DNA from: Phycisphaerae bacterium
GTDB taxonomy: Bacteria > Planctomycetota > Phycisphaerae > UBA1845
Reading direction: 5' to 3'
NCBI GenBank assembly: GCA_029260235.1
Contig: JAJDDP010000015.1
Location: 93,315-157,314, forward strand
Length of the DNA: 64,000 nucleotides
Shown here in pieces: positions 19,485-31,698 of the stretch (position 1 is the first letter of the stretch; each line of letters starts with the position of its first letter). The notes under the pieces are model-generated. The model worked only from the letters and a program-made list of their open reading frames with translations. It was not told the DNA's origin and searched no databases. Both the position numbers and the translations under genes were made by a program.

Positions 19485-19493
19485 TGCTATAAT
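19485..19493 (+). promoter_or_regulatory. Candidate extended -10 promoter element (TGcTATAAT) upstream of the SNF2 helicase gene
   Basis: An exact TGnTATAAT lies about 70 nt upstream of ATG 19566, in the divergent intergenic region. No convincing -35 was seen, and Planctomycete promoter rules are poorly known. Confidence 0.3.
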
Positions 19494-19565
19494 GCTCCGT
19501 TTGGCTTCGGCGCTCCGCGGGGGAGGATCCCCCAGAGGGCAGCATTGGGCTACAGGGATAACGGA

Positions 19566-22719
<3,154 letters not shown>

Positions 22720-22727
<8 letters not shown>

Positions 22728-23103
22728 GAAAACAAGCCAACCCGAGCGAAGCAGCGATCAGCCGCTGGTCCATGACGGGGTGTCCGAGGTGCCGCAAACG
22801 GACGCCGGGGCCGAGGGCGCTGATACAGAAACCGCATCGAACAACAAAGCCTATCAGTACCTGCACACCCCAGCCCCGACCCTCGAGTCCTCCATCGAGT
22901 CGTTTTGGAGCAGCACCGTACCCCTGGAAAGCATCCCCGAGGTAGTCACCCCACCCCACGAACCCTACGAAATCCTGAAACGCCTAGGCACATCCCCTTT
23001 TGAAGCCAGCAACTTCCCCCTGGTAGGGTTCCTAGCCAGCGCCTACGAAAGGGCCAGCCGCCTAGCCATGGAACGAGGTCGGGCTACACAGAACACACCG
23101 TAA
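22720..23103 (+). CDS. Small acidic hypothetical protein translationally coupled to the SNF2 helicase
   Basis: The ATG overlaps the helicase stop (ATGCTTGA), and GGAGAGGA lies 6 nt upstream. No recognisable domain and no Cys, so it is not a SWIM finger. Confidence 0.5.
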
Positions 23104-23112
23104 GCCGTTGGG

Positions 23113-23436
23113 CTATTGGTTTCCCTCGGCACTGAGGTCGAGGGCCATGATGTTCTTCTGGTCACGCACATACAGGGTTGAGCCGACCAGCGATGGCGCG
23201 GTGATAGCGTTTCTTCCCAATATCTGAAACTCGGATTCGACCGTCAGCGTATCTCGGCTTGCCTTCGCCAAAGAGAGTTGGCCATTCTGGTCCAGGCTGA
23301 TGAGCTTATTGCCGTCGCCCACCAGCGTTGCTCCGACAAGTTTGCGTTCTAGCCACTTGCATTCGCCGGTGTACATATCCACGGCCATGAAGGAGTCGTT
23401 TTGTCCTGCCTTTGCACCGTAAAGCAGAAAGGTCAA
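23113..23436 (-). pseudogene. C-terminal remnant of a PQQ-like beta-propeller gene (paralog of 33252..34547)
   Basis: The 107 aa align by eye to the last ~100 aa of the 431-aa protein at 33252..34547 (…LISLDQNGQLSL… / …LIILDQDGTLRL…; …APSLVGSTLYVRDQKNIMALDL / …APTLVGTKLFVRDRKNLLALEL). Only a TTG start is available. An in-frame stop lies 6 codons upstream, and about 320 N-terminal residues are missing. Confidence 0.6.
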
Positions 23437-23920
23437 TGGGATCGAGTAGAGCGGCTATTCAGCAGCCGCCTACTCGACCCCAAGGATGAGGAGAAAGCAA
23501 CGAGGATTCCTTTGCCCGCGCGGATGAAGCGGCAACCCTGATCGTGCATCTACTCTCCAATGCACGGGTTCGGTGAAACAATTCATTGCTGCGCCTTTGG
23601 GCGCCCCTGGCACGAGGTCAATCTGACCTCTCCAATCGCTTGGCCACGGACGCCCTGGCGACAACACTCTCTCTCCCCTTCCCCAAGGCCGATACGGTCG
23701 CAGTCGGAAGAGGCTTCCCCCATTCAAACGAAAACCGGAGCCCGAATTCACTTTCTGAGAGAGAAAAAAGTCAAAATTATTTCGATGCTCCGTTGGATTG
23801 GGTTCCTGATGACAGCCAACCTGGCTGCGACTGGAGCTAGAGGGGGCTTGCCACTTGTGGGGTATCGACGCTAACCTACAGCAGTCAAGCCGGTTGCATA
23901 AGTTTGGGGTTCGTTCGAGC

Positions 23921-24550
23921 ATGACCAAGTCGGATTCAGAAGACCAGACGATCGCCAATGCTATCGAGGGCAGCGAGGCTGCCTTGACCAGCCTGCTCAA
24001 GCAATTCGGGCCTTCGGTGCGTCAAAACATCTCCAGCTCGATTCCACGACGTTGGCAAGCGGTCCTAGCCGCCGACGATGTCATGCAACAGGCCTACACA
24101 GACGCATTTATGGCCATTGGCCGCTTCGTGCCGCGGGGCAAGGGTGCCTTCGGTGCATGGCTAAACACCCTGGCCAAGCGGAATCTCATCGACGCCATCC
24201 GAGGGCTAGAGGCTGACAAACGGGGAGGAGACCGCCAGCAGATTGGCGGAGCCGGCCAAGCTGAGTCCTTTGTCGCCCTTTATGAGCGGTTGGGAGGCAC
24301 TTACACCAGCCCCAGCAGCCAAGCGGCCCGCCAAGAAGCCCGGCTTAGCCTGGAAGAAGCAATCGAGAGGCTGCCCGAGACCTATCGGCATCTGATCCGC
24401 CTCTACGATCTGGAAAGTCGCCCCATAAAAGAGGTCGCCGAGACCCTGAATCGAAGCCCAGGCGCTGTTTTCATGCTCCGCTCACGGGCACACCGCAAGC
24501 TCTGTGACATCATGGGGACAGCCTCAAAGTACATGGGCGATTCGTCGTGA
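23921..24550 (+). CDS. ECF-type sigma-70 family RNA polymerase sigma factor
   Basis: A region 2 block (DDVMQQAYTDAFMAIGRF) and a region 4 HTH (YRHLIRLYDLESRPIKEVAETLNRSPGAVFMLRSRAHRKL) are present. ATG 23921 is preferred over the upstream 23855 start. Confidence 0.85.
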   Translation: MTKSDSEDQTIANAIEGSEAALTSLLKQFGPSVRQNISSSIPRRWQAVLAADDVMQQAYTDAFMAIGRFVPRGKGAFGAWLNTLAKRNLIDAIRGLEADKRGGDRQQIGGAGQAESFVALYERLGGTYTSPSSQAARQEARLSLEEAIERLPETYRHLIRLYDLESRPIKEVAETLNRSPGAVFMLRSRAHRKLCDIMGTASKYMGDSS

Positions 24551-24628
24551 GTTGCGGGGCGTCTCCTTCGTTTTAGGTAACATTGGGGGGAGTAGCGGAG
24601 ACGCCTGAGGAGCGAGCGGAAGCAGGAC

Positions 24629-26734
24629 ATGACGCCCAATCCAAAACATCCTGACGATGTAGCCGGTGACGAGCGAGACCTGATCCAGGGCGCTCTGCGC
24701 GATGCGGAGGATTGGAAGCCCCAGACCGACACCGCCCGACCTGGCAGCCAGCAGGCGTCGGGCGAGTTCTTCATCCCAGACATGATCCCCGGGTACCGGA
24801 TCATCCATGAAATCCACCGCGGCGGGCAGGGCATCGTCTACCTTGGCGTTCACCAGGCCACCAAGCGCAAGGTCGCCATCAAAGTCATGCGCGAAGGCCC
24901 ATTTGCCGGGTCGCGGGACCGCCTACGCTTCGAGCGCGAGTTACACATACTCGCCCAGCTGGATCATCCCAACATCGTCGGCATTCACGACAGCGGATCG
25001 GTGGCCAATAGCCACTACTTCGTTATGGATTATGTGTCCGGCGAGCAGCTGGACCTCTTCCTCGCCGCCGGCTTCGACGACATCAACCATGTCATGCGAA
25101 CGATGCTCAAAGTCTGCGAAGCCGTCAACGCAGCCCATCTCCAGGGCGTCATCCACCGCGACCTCAAACCCAGCAACATCATCGTCGACGGCGAAGGCCA
25201 ACCGCACATCCTGGATTTTGGCCTGGCCAAAGTCATCGGTGGCGAAGTTCCCGATGCCGAACCGATGAGCATCACCGGCCAATTCATGGGCTCAATACCC
25301 TGGTCAAGCCCGGAACAGGCCAAAGGCCGTTCCCGCCAGATTGATGTCCGAACCGACGTCTACTCGCTGGGCGTCGTCTTGTACCAAATGCTCACTGCCC
25401 GGTTTCCCTACACAGTGGTCGGACACTTGTCCGACATCGTCACCAGCATCTGCGAAAGCGAACCAGCCAAGCCGCGCACCTACCGACCTGAAATCAACGA
25501 CGAGGTCGAGACCATCGTGCTCAAGTGCTTGTCCAAGGATCGTGATCGCAGGTATCAATCTGCCGGAGAACTGGCCCGGGACATCAAACGCTACCTGGCG
25601 GGCGAGCCCATCGAAGCCAAACGCGACAGCAGCTGGTATATCATTTCAAAAACCGTTCGGCGCCATAAAGTGCCCGCTTTTGTCACTTTCGGGTTCGCCA
25701 CACTGCTGATGGGCTACGCGATCACCTCCTCGGTACTCTATCAAAAAGCCGCCGCCGCCGAGCAGCGAGCTGTACGCAACAACGACTCACTGACAAGCAT
25801 GATGAACCTGTTTGAAGTGGTCACCACCGAACAACCGGGCCGGATGAAGGCGTTGGATCGTTTTGTCGAAGACTTCGATAGAGAGCCGCCCGAGGATCCA
25901 GCCACCCAAGCGTTGGGGCGACACAGCATAGGCCTCATCTACAGAGATTGGGGGGCCTACACCAAGGCTGTGCCGCAGTTCGAAGAGGCACTCGACATTC
26001 GTCAAGACATCTTTGAAACTCCTAGCGCGACAATCGCCCAAAGCTTGCACGACCTAGGCTCGGTATACTGGTTCAGCGGGCGGTACGACGACGCCATCGA
26101 GACCTATGAAGACGCGCTGAGCATGCGCAGGGAGCTATTCGGCGAAGTCAGCGAGGAAGTCGCCCGCACCATGACCCACATGGCTGCCAGTTTTGATTAT
26201 CGCGGCGATGAAGAAGCCGGCGACCACCAAGCCGGTGAGCAATTGTACCGCGACGCCCTGGACATTCGCCGCGAGCTGCTCGACGCCAACCACCCCGACA
26301 TCGCCAGCAGCCTCAACAACATCGCAAAGTCGCTATTCCACCAGGGGCGCTTTGAAGAGGCAGAAGTGATGCTCGGCGAATCGTTGGATATGATGCGCAA
26401 GTCTCCGGTGGACAATGAAAAGTACATTCTGCGCTCGCAGCACAACCTAGCCGAAGTGTTGATGGAGCAAGGTGAACTCGATGAAGCCCAAACCTTGCTG
26501 CGAGACACGATCACCAAGAAGATCGACAGCCTCGGCGATAACCACGACTCGGTCGCCCACAGCTATCAACTACTGGCCGAGATTCTATACCGCCAAGGCA
26601 GCCTGGAATCCGCCAAACTCTACTGCGAAAAAGCACTCACCATCCGCGAACAAAATGTAGCCGCCCAACACCCCAGCATCGCCGACGCCCGCGACCTACT
26701 CTTCCGCATCGAAGAGGATCAGCAGGAAGACTGA
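24629..26734 (+). CDS. Ser/Thr protein kinase with one TM helix and C-terminal TPR repeats
   Basis: Hanks kinase motifs are present: GGQGIVYLG, AIKVM, HRDLKPSNIIV, DFGLAK and SPEQ. A TM segment follows (VPAFVTFGFATLLMGYAITSSVLY), then repeated TPR units (…LHDLGSVYWFSGRYDDAIETYEDAL…). Confidence 0.9.
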   Translation: MTPNPKHPDDVAGDERDLIQGALRDAEDWKPQTDTARPGSQQASGEFFIPDMIPGYRIIHEIHRGGQGIVYLGVHQATKRKVAIKVMREGPFAGSRDRLRFERELHILAQLDHPNIVGIHDSGSVANSHYFVMDYVSGEQLDLFLAAGFDDINHVMRTMLKVCEAVNAAHLQGVIHRDLKPSNIIVDGEGQPHILDFGLAKVIGGEVPDAEPMSITGQFMGSIPWSSPEQAKGRSRQIDVRTDVYSLGVVLYQMLTARFPYTVVGHLSDIVTSICESEPAKPRTYRPEINDEVETIVLKCLSKDRDRRYQSAGELARDIKRYLAGEPIEAKRDSSWYIISKTVRRHKVPAFVTFGFATLLMGYAITSSVLYQKAAAAEQRAVRNNDSLTSMMNLFEVVTTEQPGRMKALDRFVEDFDREPPEDPATQALGRHSIGLIYRDWGAYTKAVPQFEEALDIRQDIFETPSATIAQSLHDLGSVYWFSGRYDDAIETYEDALSMRRELFGEVSEEVARTMTHMAASFDYRGDEEAGDHQAGEQLYRDALDIRRELLDANHPDIASSLNNIAKSLFHQGRFEEAEVMLGESLDMMRKSPVDNEKYILRSQHNLAEVLMEQGELDEAQTLLRDTITKKIDSLGDNHDSVAHSYQLLAEILYRQGSLESAKLYCEKALTIREQNVAAQHPSIADARDLLFRIEEDQQED

Positions 26735-26783
26735 TTTCCGTCACTGGCGCGGAGCTGCCTGCCTTCCAGAGCAAGATCGCCAA

Positions 26784-29123
26784 TCAGTTTTCCTCTTCCG
26801 GCGGTGGCCAAAAGACGTAGTCATCAGATTCGGTTCCGCCGTCGATGCTGTCATCCCAACTTGGTGAATGGATCCCGCCGTCATCCACGCCATTCTCAGA
26901 GCTGGAGTAGATCGTCGGTCCGTTATCATCCACCCGGTACATGAAATCTTGGCCGGTAAAGGGGTCTGTGCGGGCTTGGTCGCCAATACGCTCAGGCAAG
27001 TCATCCAGCGATTCAGGCCAATGTCCGTTGCGTGCTTTGAATAGATGCGTTGCGTAGGCTAGCTGCGTCGCTCGGCGAGAGGCGTCAGCCCGGGTTCTAA
27101 GTTTATGTACCCGACTTAGCGAGGGTAGTAGGGCTTCGGTCAAGGCGTTCGTGTGGACATAGCGATCGGCCGTGGATTGGATGTCGGCGGAGCGCACTGC
27201 CGGGTACCCGGTATTGAATTGGTCGGCTACCTCGGTGTAGTAATCGCCAAAGGCCTGGGTGGCTGCCTGAGCGTCAGCCAAACTCAAGGATGTAATCTGC
27301 TCAACGGCCTGCTCATTACCACCGATAGCCCCCAACATCTTTTGTGCGGTTTCTATTCTGGATTCTTCGCTGTACTTCGGGCTGAACAATCGCTGGGTTA
27401 GCTGCATGGATACCGCCTGCTCTGCTCGGAGGAAGCGAACAGGGTCGCTGTCGTCGCGGTCATTCTCGAGTAGGATGTCCAGAGCTTCTTCCAAGCCACG
27501 CGCGTCGAAGAGGCCATGCTGTAACGCGCTTAGCGCGTTCTTATGCACCAATTTGGATTCGGCTGCCCCTACCAGGTTTTCGATCAACGTGCTGCCTTCG
27601 GTCAAGTGCTTGGCGTTGCGCAGGGTGGTCTCGAAGGCATCCAGCATCCGTTCGGGCGAGACCGTCCCGTCTTCTCGCGTGCGCCAAGCATCGGCCAGCG
27701 TTGCCCGGGCCAACTGACGGTGTGACGACAAGTGGGGTATCCGCATGTCGATTAGCAGGGGCTCGTCTTCACCTGCTTGGCCTGGCGGTTCGTTGCCGAA
27801 CAAGGGTGGCATCGAGTAGTCCTCAGACCAACTCGCGTCTCGGAACGATTCCAACAAACCTTGGACTTGACGATTACTCTGCTCCCACCCCGGGTGATCG
27901 TGGACGTCCCAAGGGCCAGGCGGTCCTTGGCGGGTCTTATCGGTGAACATATTGTTCAGGTCAGGCCAATCGGCGCTTACTTGGTCGTCGTTCCAAGGCA
28001 TGGGCATGAACTCGGCGTAGGCGTCGAAGGCATTATCTGTACCACCAAGTTGCGCCGTTTGGGTGTACCAATCGACGTAATCAACCGGATCCTCGAAGTT
28101 GGCTTGCGGTGGGATGTTCAAATCGTCACTGCCAGCCGACAATGCATTGCCCAAAATATCTACGTCTGCGCCGGGCGAAAAATCGTGGCCAGACCAAGAA
28201 GCCATCACCAATTTCTGCGCCGATTTCTTGGCCGGTTTTGCGCAGTAAGCCATGAGGGTTGAGCCATTCCTAAATTGAATCGCGGTTGGACTGCAAGCCT
28301 TTGGCAGTCGAACACCAGCTTCTTCCTCAAAGGTCAGGCCGTCACGGCTTCGTAGTGAGATGACACCGTCTTGGCTAGTGCCGTAGGCCCGCAACCCTTC
28401 GTCGGTCTTGACGATACTGCCAAGCTTCCACCGTTTGCTCAGTCTTGGCGGAGTAGCCGCCTCGAACCGTCGCCCATCCTTAGAAACAAACTGCGCTGTC
28501 CTGCGAAGCGTCTCCTTCGATTGATCAGAACGTGCCAGCGTCGTTGACACATAGAGATGCACCAGATCATCCCAACATGCCAAGAGTGGCTGCACATTGA
28601 CTCCGGGTGGAATGGGTTCATCGATCACCGAGTCAAGAACATAGTCAAGACCATTACGCGTCGAAGCTGATCCGATGACCGTGCTTGAACCATTTGACCC
28701 TGGCGTGCAAAAGATCATTCGATAGTGGCGCCGCCCCGCTCTGACGAGGTTGGGGTAATGCGCTTCGACGGATTGGCCTTGTTCATTGACGATATTAATC
28801 TGCCTTGGCTTGGACCAACTTCGCCCTTGATCGGTTGATCGGCTAGCCATGATGGTAGACCGCTGTTTGGAATCTGGTCCGGTGGTCTGCTCGAACAGGA
28901 GCAGAAGTTGGCCATTGGGCAAACGCTCGAGGAATGGAGAATGGGCGGTAGCAGCCAGGGCGATTGGATCTTCTGTAAAGGTCAAGCCATCCAAAGACCG
29001 CGCTATCTTCAAGATGCCACCAGGAGAGCTCTGATCAGCCAGCCGTCCGGGGCTGTGCGTTGGAGCGGGCCGGGATTGGCCAAGACTGAGCAAGGCCGTG
29101 CAGACAATGAGTAGACTTGGCAT
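26784..29123 (-). CDS. Secreted protein with an N-terminal BNR/Asp-box beta-propeller-like region, a long helical middle, and a C-terminal segment resembling a T2SS GspG pseudopilin globular domain
   Basis: Signal peptide and an Asp-box (SRSTDQGRSWS). The C-terminal motif FKARNGHWPESLDDLP…DPFTGQDFMYRV…IYSSSENGVDDGG resembles the GspG pattern (G-YP--L--L … DPWG--Y-Y … S-G-DG). GGAG lies 10 nt upstream of the ATG. Confidence 0.6.
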   Translation of the reverse strand: MPSLLIVCTALLSLGQSRPAPTHSPGRLADQSSPGGILKIARSLDGLTFTEDPIALAATAHSPFLERLPNGQLLLLFEQTTGPDSKQRSTIMASRSTDQGRSWSKPRQINIVNEQGQSVEAHYPNLVRAGRRHYRMIFCTPGSNGSSTVIGSASTRNGLDYVLDSVIDEPIPPGVNVQPLLACWDDLVHLYVSTTLARSDQSKETLRRTAQFVSKDGRRFEAATPPRLSKRWKLGSIVKTDEGLRAYGTSQDGVISLRSRDGLTFEEEAGVRLPKACSPTAIQFRNGSTLMAYCAKPAKKSAQKLVMASWSGHDFSPGADVDILGNALSAGSDDLNIPPQANFEDPVDYVDWYTQTAQLGGTDNAFDAYAEFMPMPWNDDQVSADWPDLNNMFTDKTRQGPPGPWDVHDHPGWEQSNRQVQGLLESFRDASWSEDYSMPPLFGNEPPGQAGEDEPLLIDMRIPHLSSHRQLARATLADAWRTREDGTVSPERMLDAFETTLRNAKHLTEGSTLIENLVGAAESKLVHKNALSALQHGLFDARGLEEALDILLENDRDDSDPVRFLRAEQAVSMQLTQRLFSPKYSEESRIETAQKMLGAIGGNEQAVEQITSLSLADAQAATQAFGDYYTEVADQFNTGYPAVRSADIQSTADRYVHTNALTEALLPSLSRVHKLRTRADASRRATQLAYATHLFKARNGHWPESLDDLPERIGDQARTDPFTGQDFMYRVDDNGPTIYSSSENGVDDGGIHSPSWDDSIDGGTESDDYVFWPPPEEEN

Positions 29124-29382
29124 GGATTCGATACTCCAGGTGGTCGAATTTCATGGGAACAGGCCGTCGGAGAGCCGCTACAGCATCAGATGCAGCTTCG
29201 AGGGAAAATCCAGCGACTACCCCGGGCTACTTTCCTTGAACCGATCCAGAAGTTTCTTACACTTTTTCAGCAAAGAATGAATCCGGCAGAACCCATCAGT
29301 CTAGCCCACGGCACCCTCTGAGCACGCTGTAGCCCACTTCTTCTTGACGATCAGACCTGATGGGTGCAGGGAGACGTGACTC

Positions 29383-29427
29383 AAAAAGAAACCGCCCGCG
29401 ACAGCCAGTTGGCCATCGCGGGCGGGT
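29383..29427 (-). terminator. Rho-independent terminator downstream of 29524..31698
   Basis: On the minus strand the stem is CCGCCCGCG/CGCGGGCGG with a 16-nt loop, followed by TTCTTTTT. Confidence 0.75.
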
Positions 29428-29523
29428 GATTCGTGACTCTAAGATTCTGAACGTTTCAGACGCTTGTCTCGGATGCACGCTTGCGTGCTCTGAGGATTCA
29501 ACGTCTTCTTGCGTTTCCTCGCC

Positions 29524-31698
29524 TTACGGACAACTTGGTGCAGTGTGTCCGAATCGCGGCTTGACGATCGAGGCGTCACCGGTTGACACGATGTCGTTCT
29601 GATCGAAGTCGAACTCCGCCCCTGCGACTGTTGCCGACTGGCCAAAGTGCGGCTTGATGATCGACGCATCACCGGTCGATACGATGCCATTTCGGTCGAT
29701 GTCGCCCGCAAGGGTGCGAACGCAAACACTGCAACCCGTATCGAGGGTGATGGTGCAAGCATCCTGGTCCGGCAGTGGCGGAGCCATGTCGACCGTAACT
29801 GTGCCGCCCACCTGGGTAACGGTAATCAAGCCGCCGTAAGCGCCGCTGTTAACGCAGGTAATCGAAGCGCTCGTGGCTGTTCCGCCTGAAACATCGATCT
29901 CGATGCTGTCCGCGCCTGCGAGTCGTGGCTCGATCTGGCTAGCGGGCGGCAGGATGTCTAAGCAGATACGGGTCGGATCGGCGGCAGTGCCATGGTCGCT
30001 GCAGCTTCGTGCACCCAGAACCGTGCAGGTGTCGCCTACGCAGTCACAGCAAATATCGATTGTGCCATCAGCATTTGTCGTAATCGTTTCCACACAGGTC
30101 GTCCCTGGCGGGCAGTCGCCCGCACAACGAGGCTGAGCACCGGTCGCCATGCGAACCGTAGCCTGAGTCGTGCCCGAGAGGCCATCCAAGACACTGCCCG
30201 GGCATCCTACGAACTCAATCTGGTAGGTGATGTCGAAGAAGCTGTCGACATTGAAGCTCCCGCCGCCTGTAGATGTCAGCGTAGTGTGGCCTGTGCTGGA
30301 GGGCAGCCCAAAGAGGGAACCACCTGTGATGTTCAACGTGCAGAAATCAGGATCGCCAAAGAGTGCGCCTTGCAAGGCAACCATCTCGGTGTCGAAGTCC
30401 TGCACAACATCCCCAGGATTCCGAGGGCCGGTCGCTACTTGGCAAAGTACATTTCCGACCGACAGAACGCGGTTGAATCCAGCCAGATCGCCCGTCCCCT
30501 GGATGTTGAAATTCAAGCTTGATGTAAAGCAATCGACGTTGCCGCCCAAGGGGCCGCCTGTATCCTCACAGATGCCCGGCGGCGGGCAGCCCGGGAAGCC
30601 TCCTACCGGACCCTGCTCGCAGAACAAGCCCTTGTGAATCGGATCCATCTCAATGGTCGTGTTTGGAGGCAAGCCGTCCAAAAGCATGTGTACTTCGTCA
30701 GCAGTCAAGTAGTCACAACCGGCGGGCGGCATGGTGATCGTACCAGGAGGGCCCTCGGGAATGACGCAGGGGCCGCCGATGGGTAACGACCTGCCTGCTG
30801 CTCCAACAGTTCCTACTTGGACCTGGCATTCATTTGGCCCGCGGCAGTCACAATCGACCACGCTGACAGCGCCGGTCGTGGGATTGTAATTTGCACAGCG
30901 GGGGGTACACGTTTCGCTTGTGACTGGGCAAGAAATGGGTTCACAACCGAGTGTGCCATCTAGAGCGGGCACACAGTCAGACCCTGCCGCACCCGCCTCC
31001 ATGCGGATAATACCCGTCGTCGATCCGGCGAGACCAGCCAATGCGCCGCCGGGAGCACCTACGAAGTCAACTGTGTAGGTGATGTCAAAAAAGCTGTCTA
31101 CTTGGAAGTTGCTTCCGGGAGGGCCCAAACGGGTCAACGTTGTCTGGCCGGGGCTGGGCAGGCCAAAGGCTACGCCGGCGGTGAAATCCAACTGGGCGAA
31201 ATCCGGGTCGCCAAAAATGGCTCCCTGCAGGGCGATCATTTCTGTCGGAAACGACTGCACAGGGTCACCGGGATTTCGTGGCCCGGTCGCAGTTTGACAG
31301 AGGATTGGGATAGAAATACTCCGGCCAAAGGTTGCCAGTGTGCCGGTGCCAGTGAGGGTCAGGTCCAGGTTCGAATCAAACGTCTCGAACTCGCCACCAG
31401 TCCCAGTTCCATCGTCGGTTCCACAGTGTGGCCCTCCACCGCCCTTTCGGCAGATGAAGTCCAGGTGAATGGGTGCCAGTTCGATGGTCGTGCCGGCTGG
31501 CAAGCCATCAATAATCAAGTGGACTTCGTCTGGGCTAAGGTACTCGCAGCCCTCGGGCGGCAGGCTCACCGTGCCCGTGCCATCATCCACAACTTCACAG
31601 GGATCGCCCCACGCTACTGAACTCACCCCCAGTACACACACCGCCAATACCGCCGGCAGCCCAATGACAACATTCCTGCACTTCTCAATCCCGCGCAT
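29524..31698 (-). CDS. Secreted Cys-rich protein with two tandem copies of an uncharacterised ~205-aa domain, two Cys-knot linkers, and a C-terminal EF-hand/dockerin-like module
   Basis: The start is re-set to ATG 31698 (GGAGG 6 nt upstream; signal peptide MRGIEKCRNVVIGLPAVLAVCVLGVSSVAWG). The internal duplication and shared modules are listed as separate repeat features. Confidence 0.8.
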   Translation of the reverse strand: MRGIEKCRNVVIGLPAVLAVCVLGVSSVAWGDPCEVVDDGTGTVSLPPEGCEYLSPDEVHLIIDGLPAGTTIELAPIHLDFICRKGGGGPHCGTDDGTGTGGEFETFDSNLDLTLTGTGTLATFGRSISIPILCQTATGPRNPGDPVQSFPTEMIALQGAIFGDPDFAQLDFTAGVAFGLPSPGQTTLTRLGPPGSNFQVDSFFDITYTVDFVGAPGGALAGLAGSTTGIIRMEAGAAGSDCVPALDGTLGCEPISCPVTSETCTPRCANYNPTTGAVSVVDCDCRGPNECQVQVGTVGAAGRSLPIGGPCVIPEGPPGTITMPPAGCDYLTADEVHMLLDGLPPNTTIEMDPIHKGLFCEQGPVGGFPGCPPPGICEDTGGPLGGNVDCFTSSLNFNIQGTGDLAGFNRVLSVGNVLCQVATGPRNPGDVVQDFDTEMVALQGALFGDPDFCTLNITGGSLFGLPSSTGHTTLTSTGGGSFNVDSFFDITYQIEFVGCPGSVLDGLSGTTQATVRMATGAQPRCAGDCPPGTTCVETITTNADGTIDICCDCVGDTCTVLGARSCSDHGTAADPTRICLDILPPASQIEPRLAGADSIEIDVSGGTATSASITCVNSGAYGGLITVTQVGGTVTVDMAPPLPDQDACTITLDTGCSVCVRTLAGDIDRNGIVSTGDASIIKPHFGQSATVAGAEFDFDQNDIVSTGDASIVKPRFGHTAPSCP
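29527..30012 (-). repeat. Copy B of the ~160-aa C-terminal module (copy A is at 8299-8778)
   Basis: ARSCSDHGTAADPTRICLD … PLPDQDACTITL … VRTLAGDIDRNGIVSTGDASIIKPHFG … FDFDQNDIVSTGDASIVKPRFGHTAPSCP. It is collinear with the tail of the protease at 5653..8781. Confidence 0.8.
30142..31605 (-). repeat. Intragenic tandem domain duplication (copy 1 at 30991-31605, copy 2 at 30142-30774)
   Basis: Copy 1 reads DPCEVVDDGTGTVSLPPEGCEYLSPDEVHLIIDGLPAGTTIELAPIH…CQTATGPRNPGDPVQSFPTEMIALQGAIFGDPDF…NFQVDSFFDITYTVDFVG…IRMEAG. Copy 2 reads GPCVIPEGPPGTITMPPAGCDYLTADEVHMLLDGLPPNTTIEMDPIH…CQVATGPRNPGDVVQDFDTEMVALQGALFGDPDF…SFNVDSFFDITYQIEFVG…VRMATG. Roughly half of the positions are identical by eye. Confidence 0.85.

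Noticed and set aside
23470-24000. 176-aa minus-strand ORF upstream of the PQQ remnant, overlapping the ECF sigma start
   Set aside because: Its composition is Arg/Ser/Pro/Cys-rich and non-protein-like. It shows no similarity to the missing part of the PQQ paralog, and it overlaps the well-supported sigma gene.
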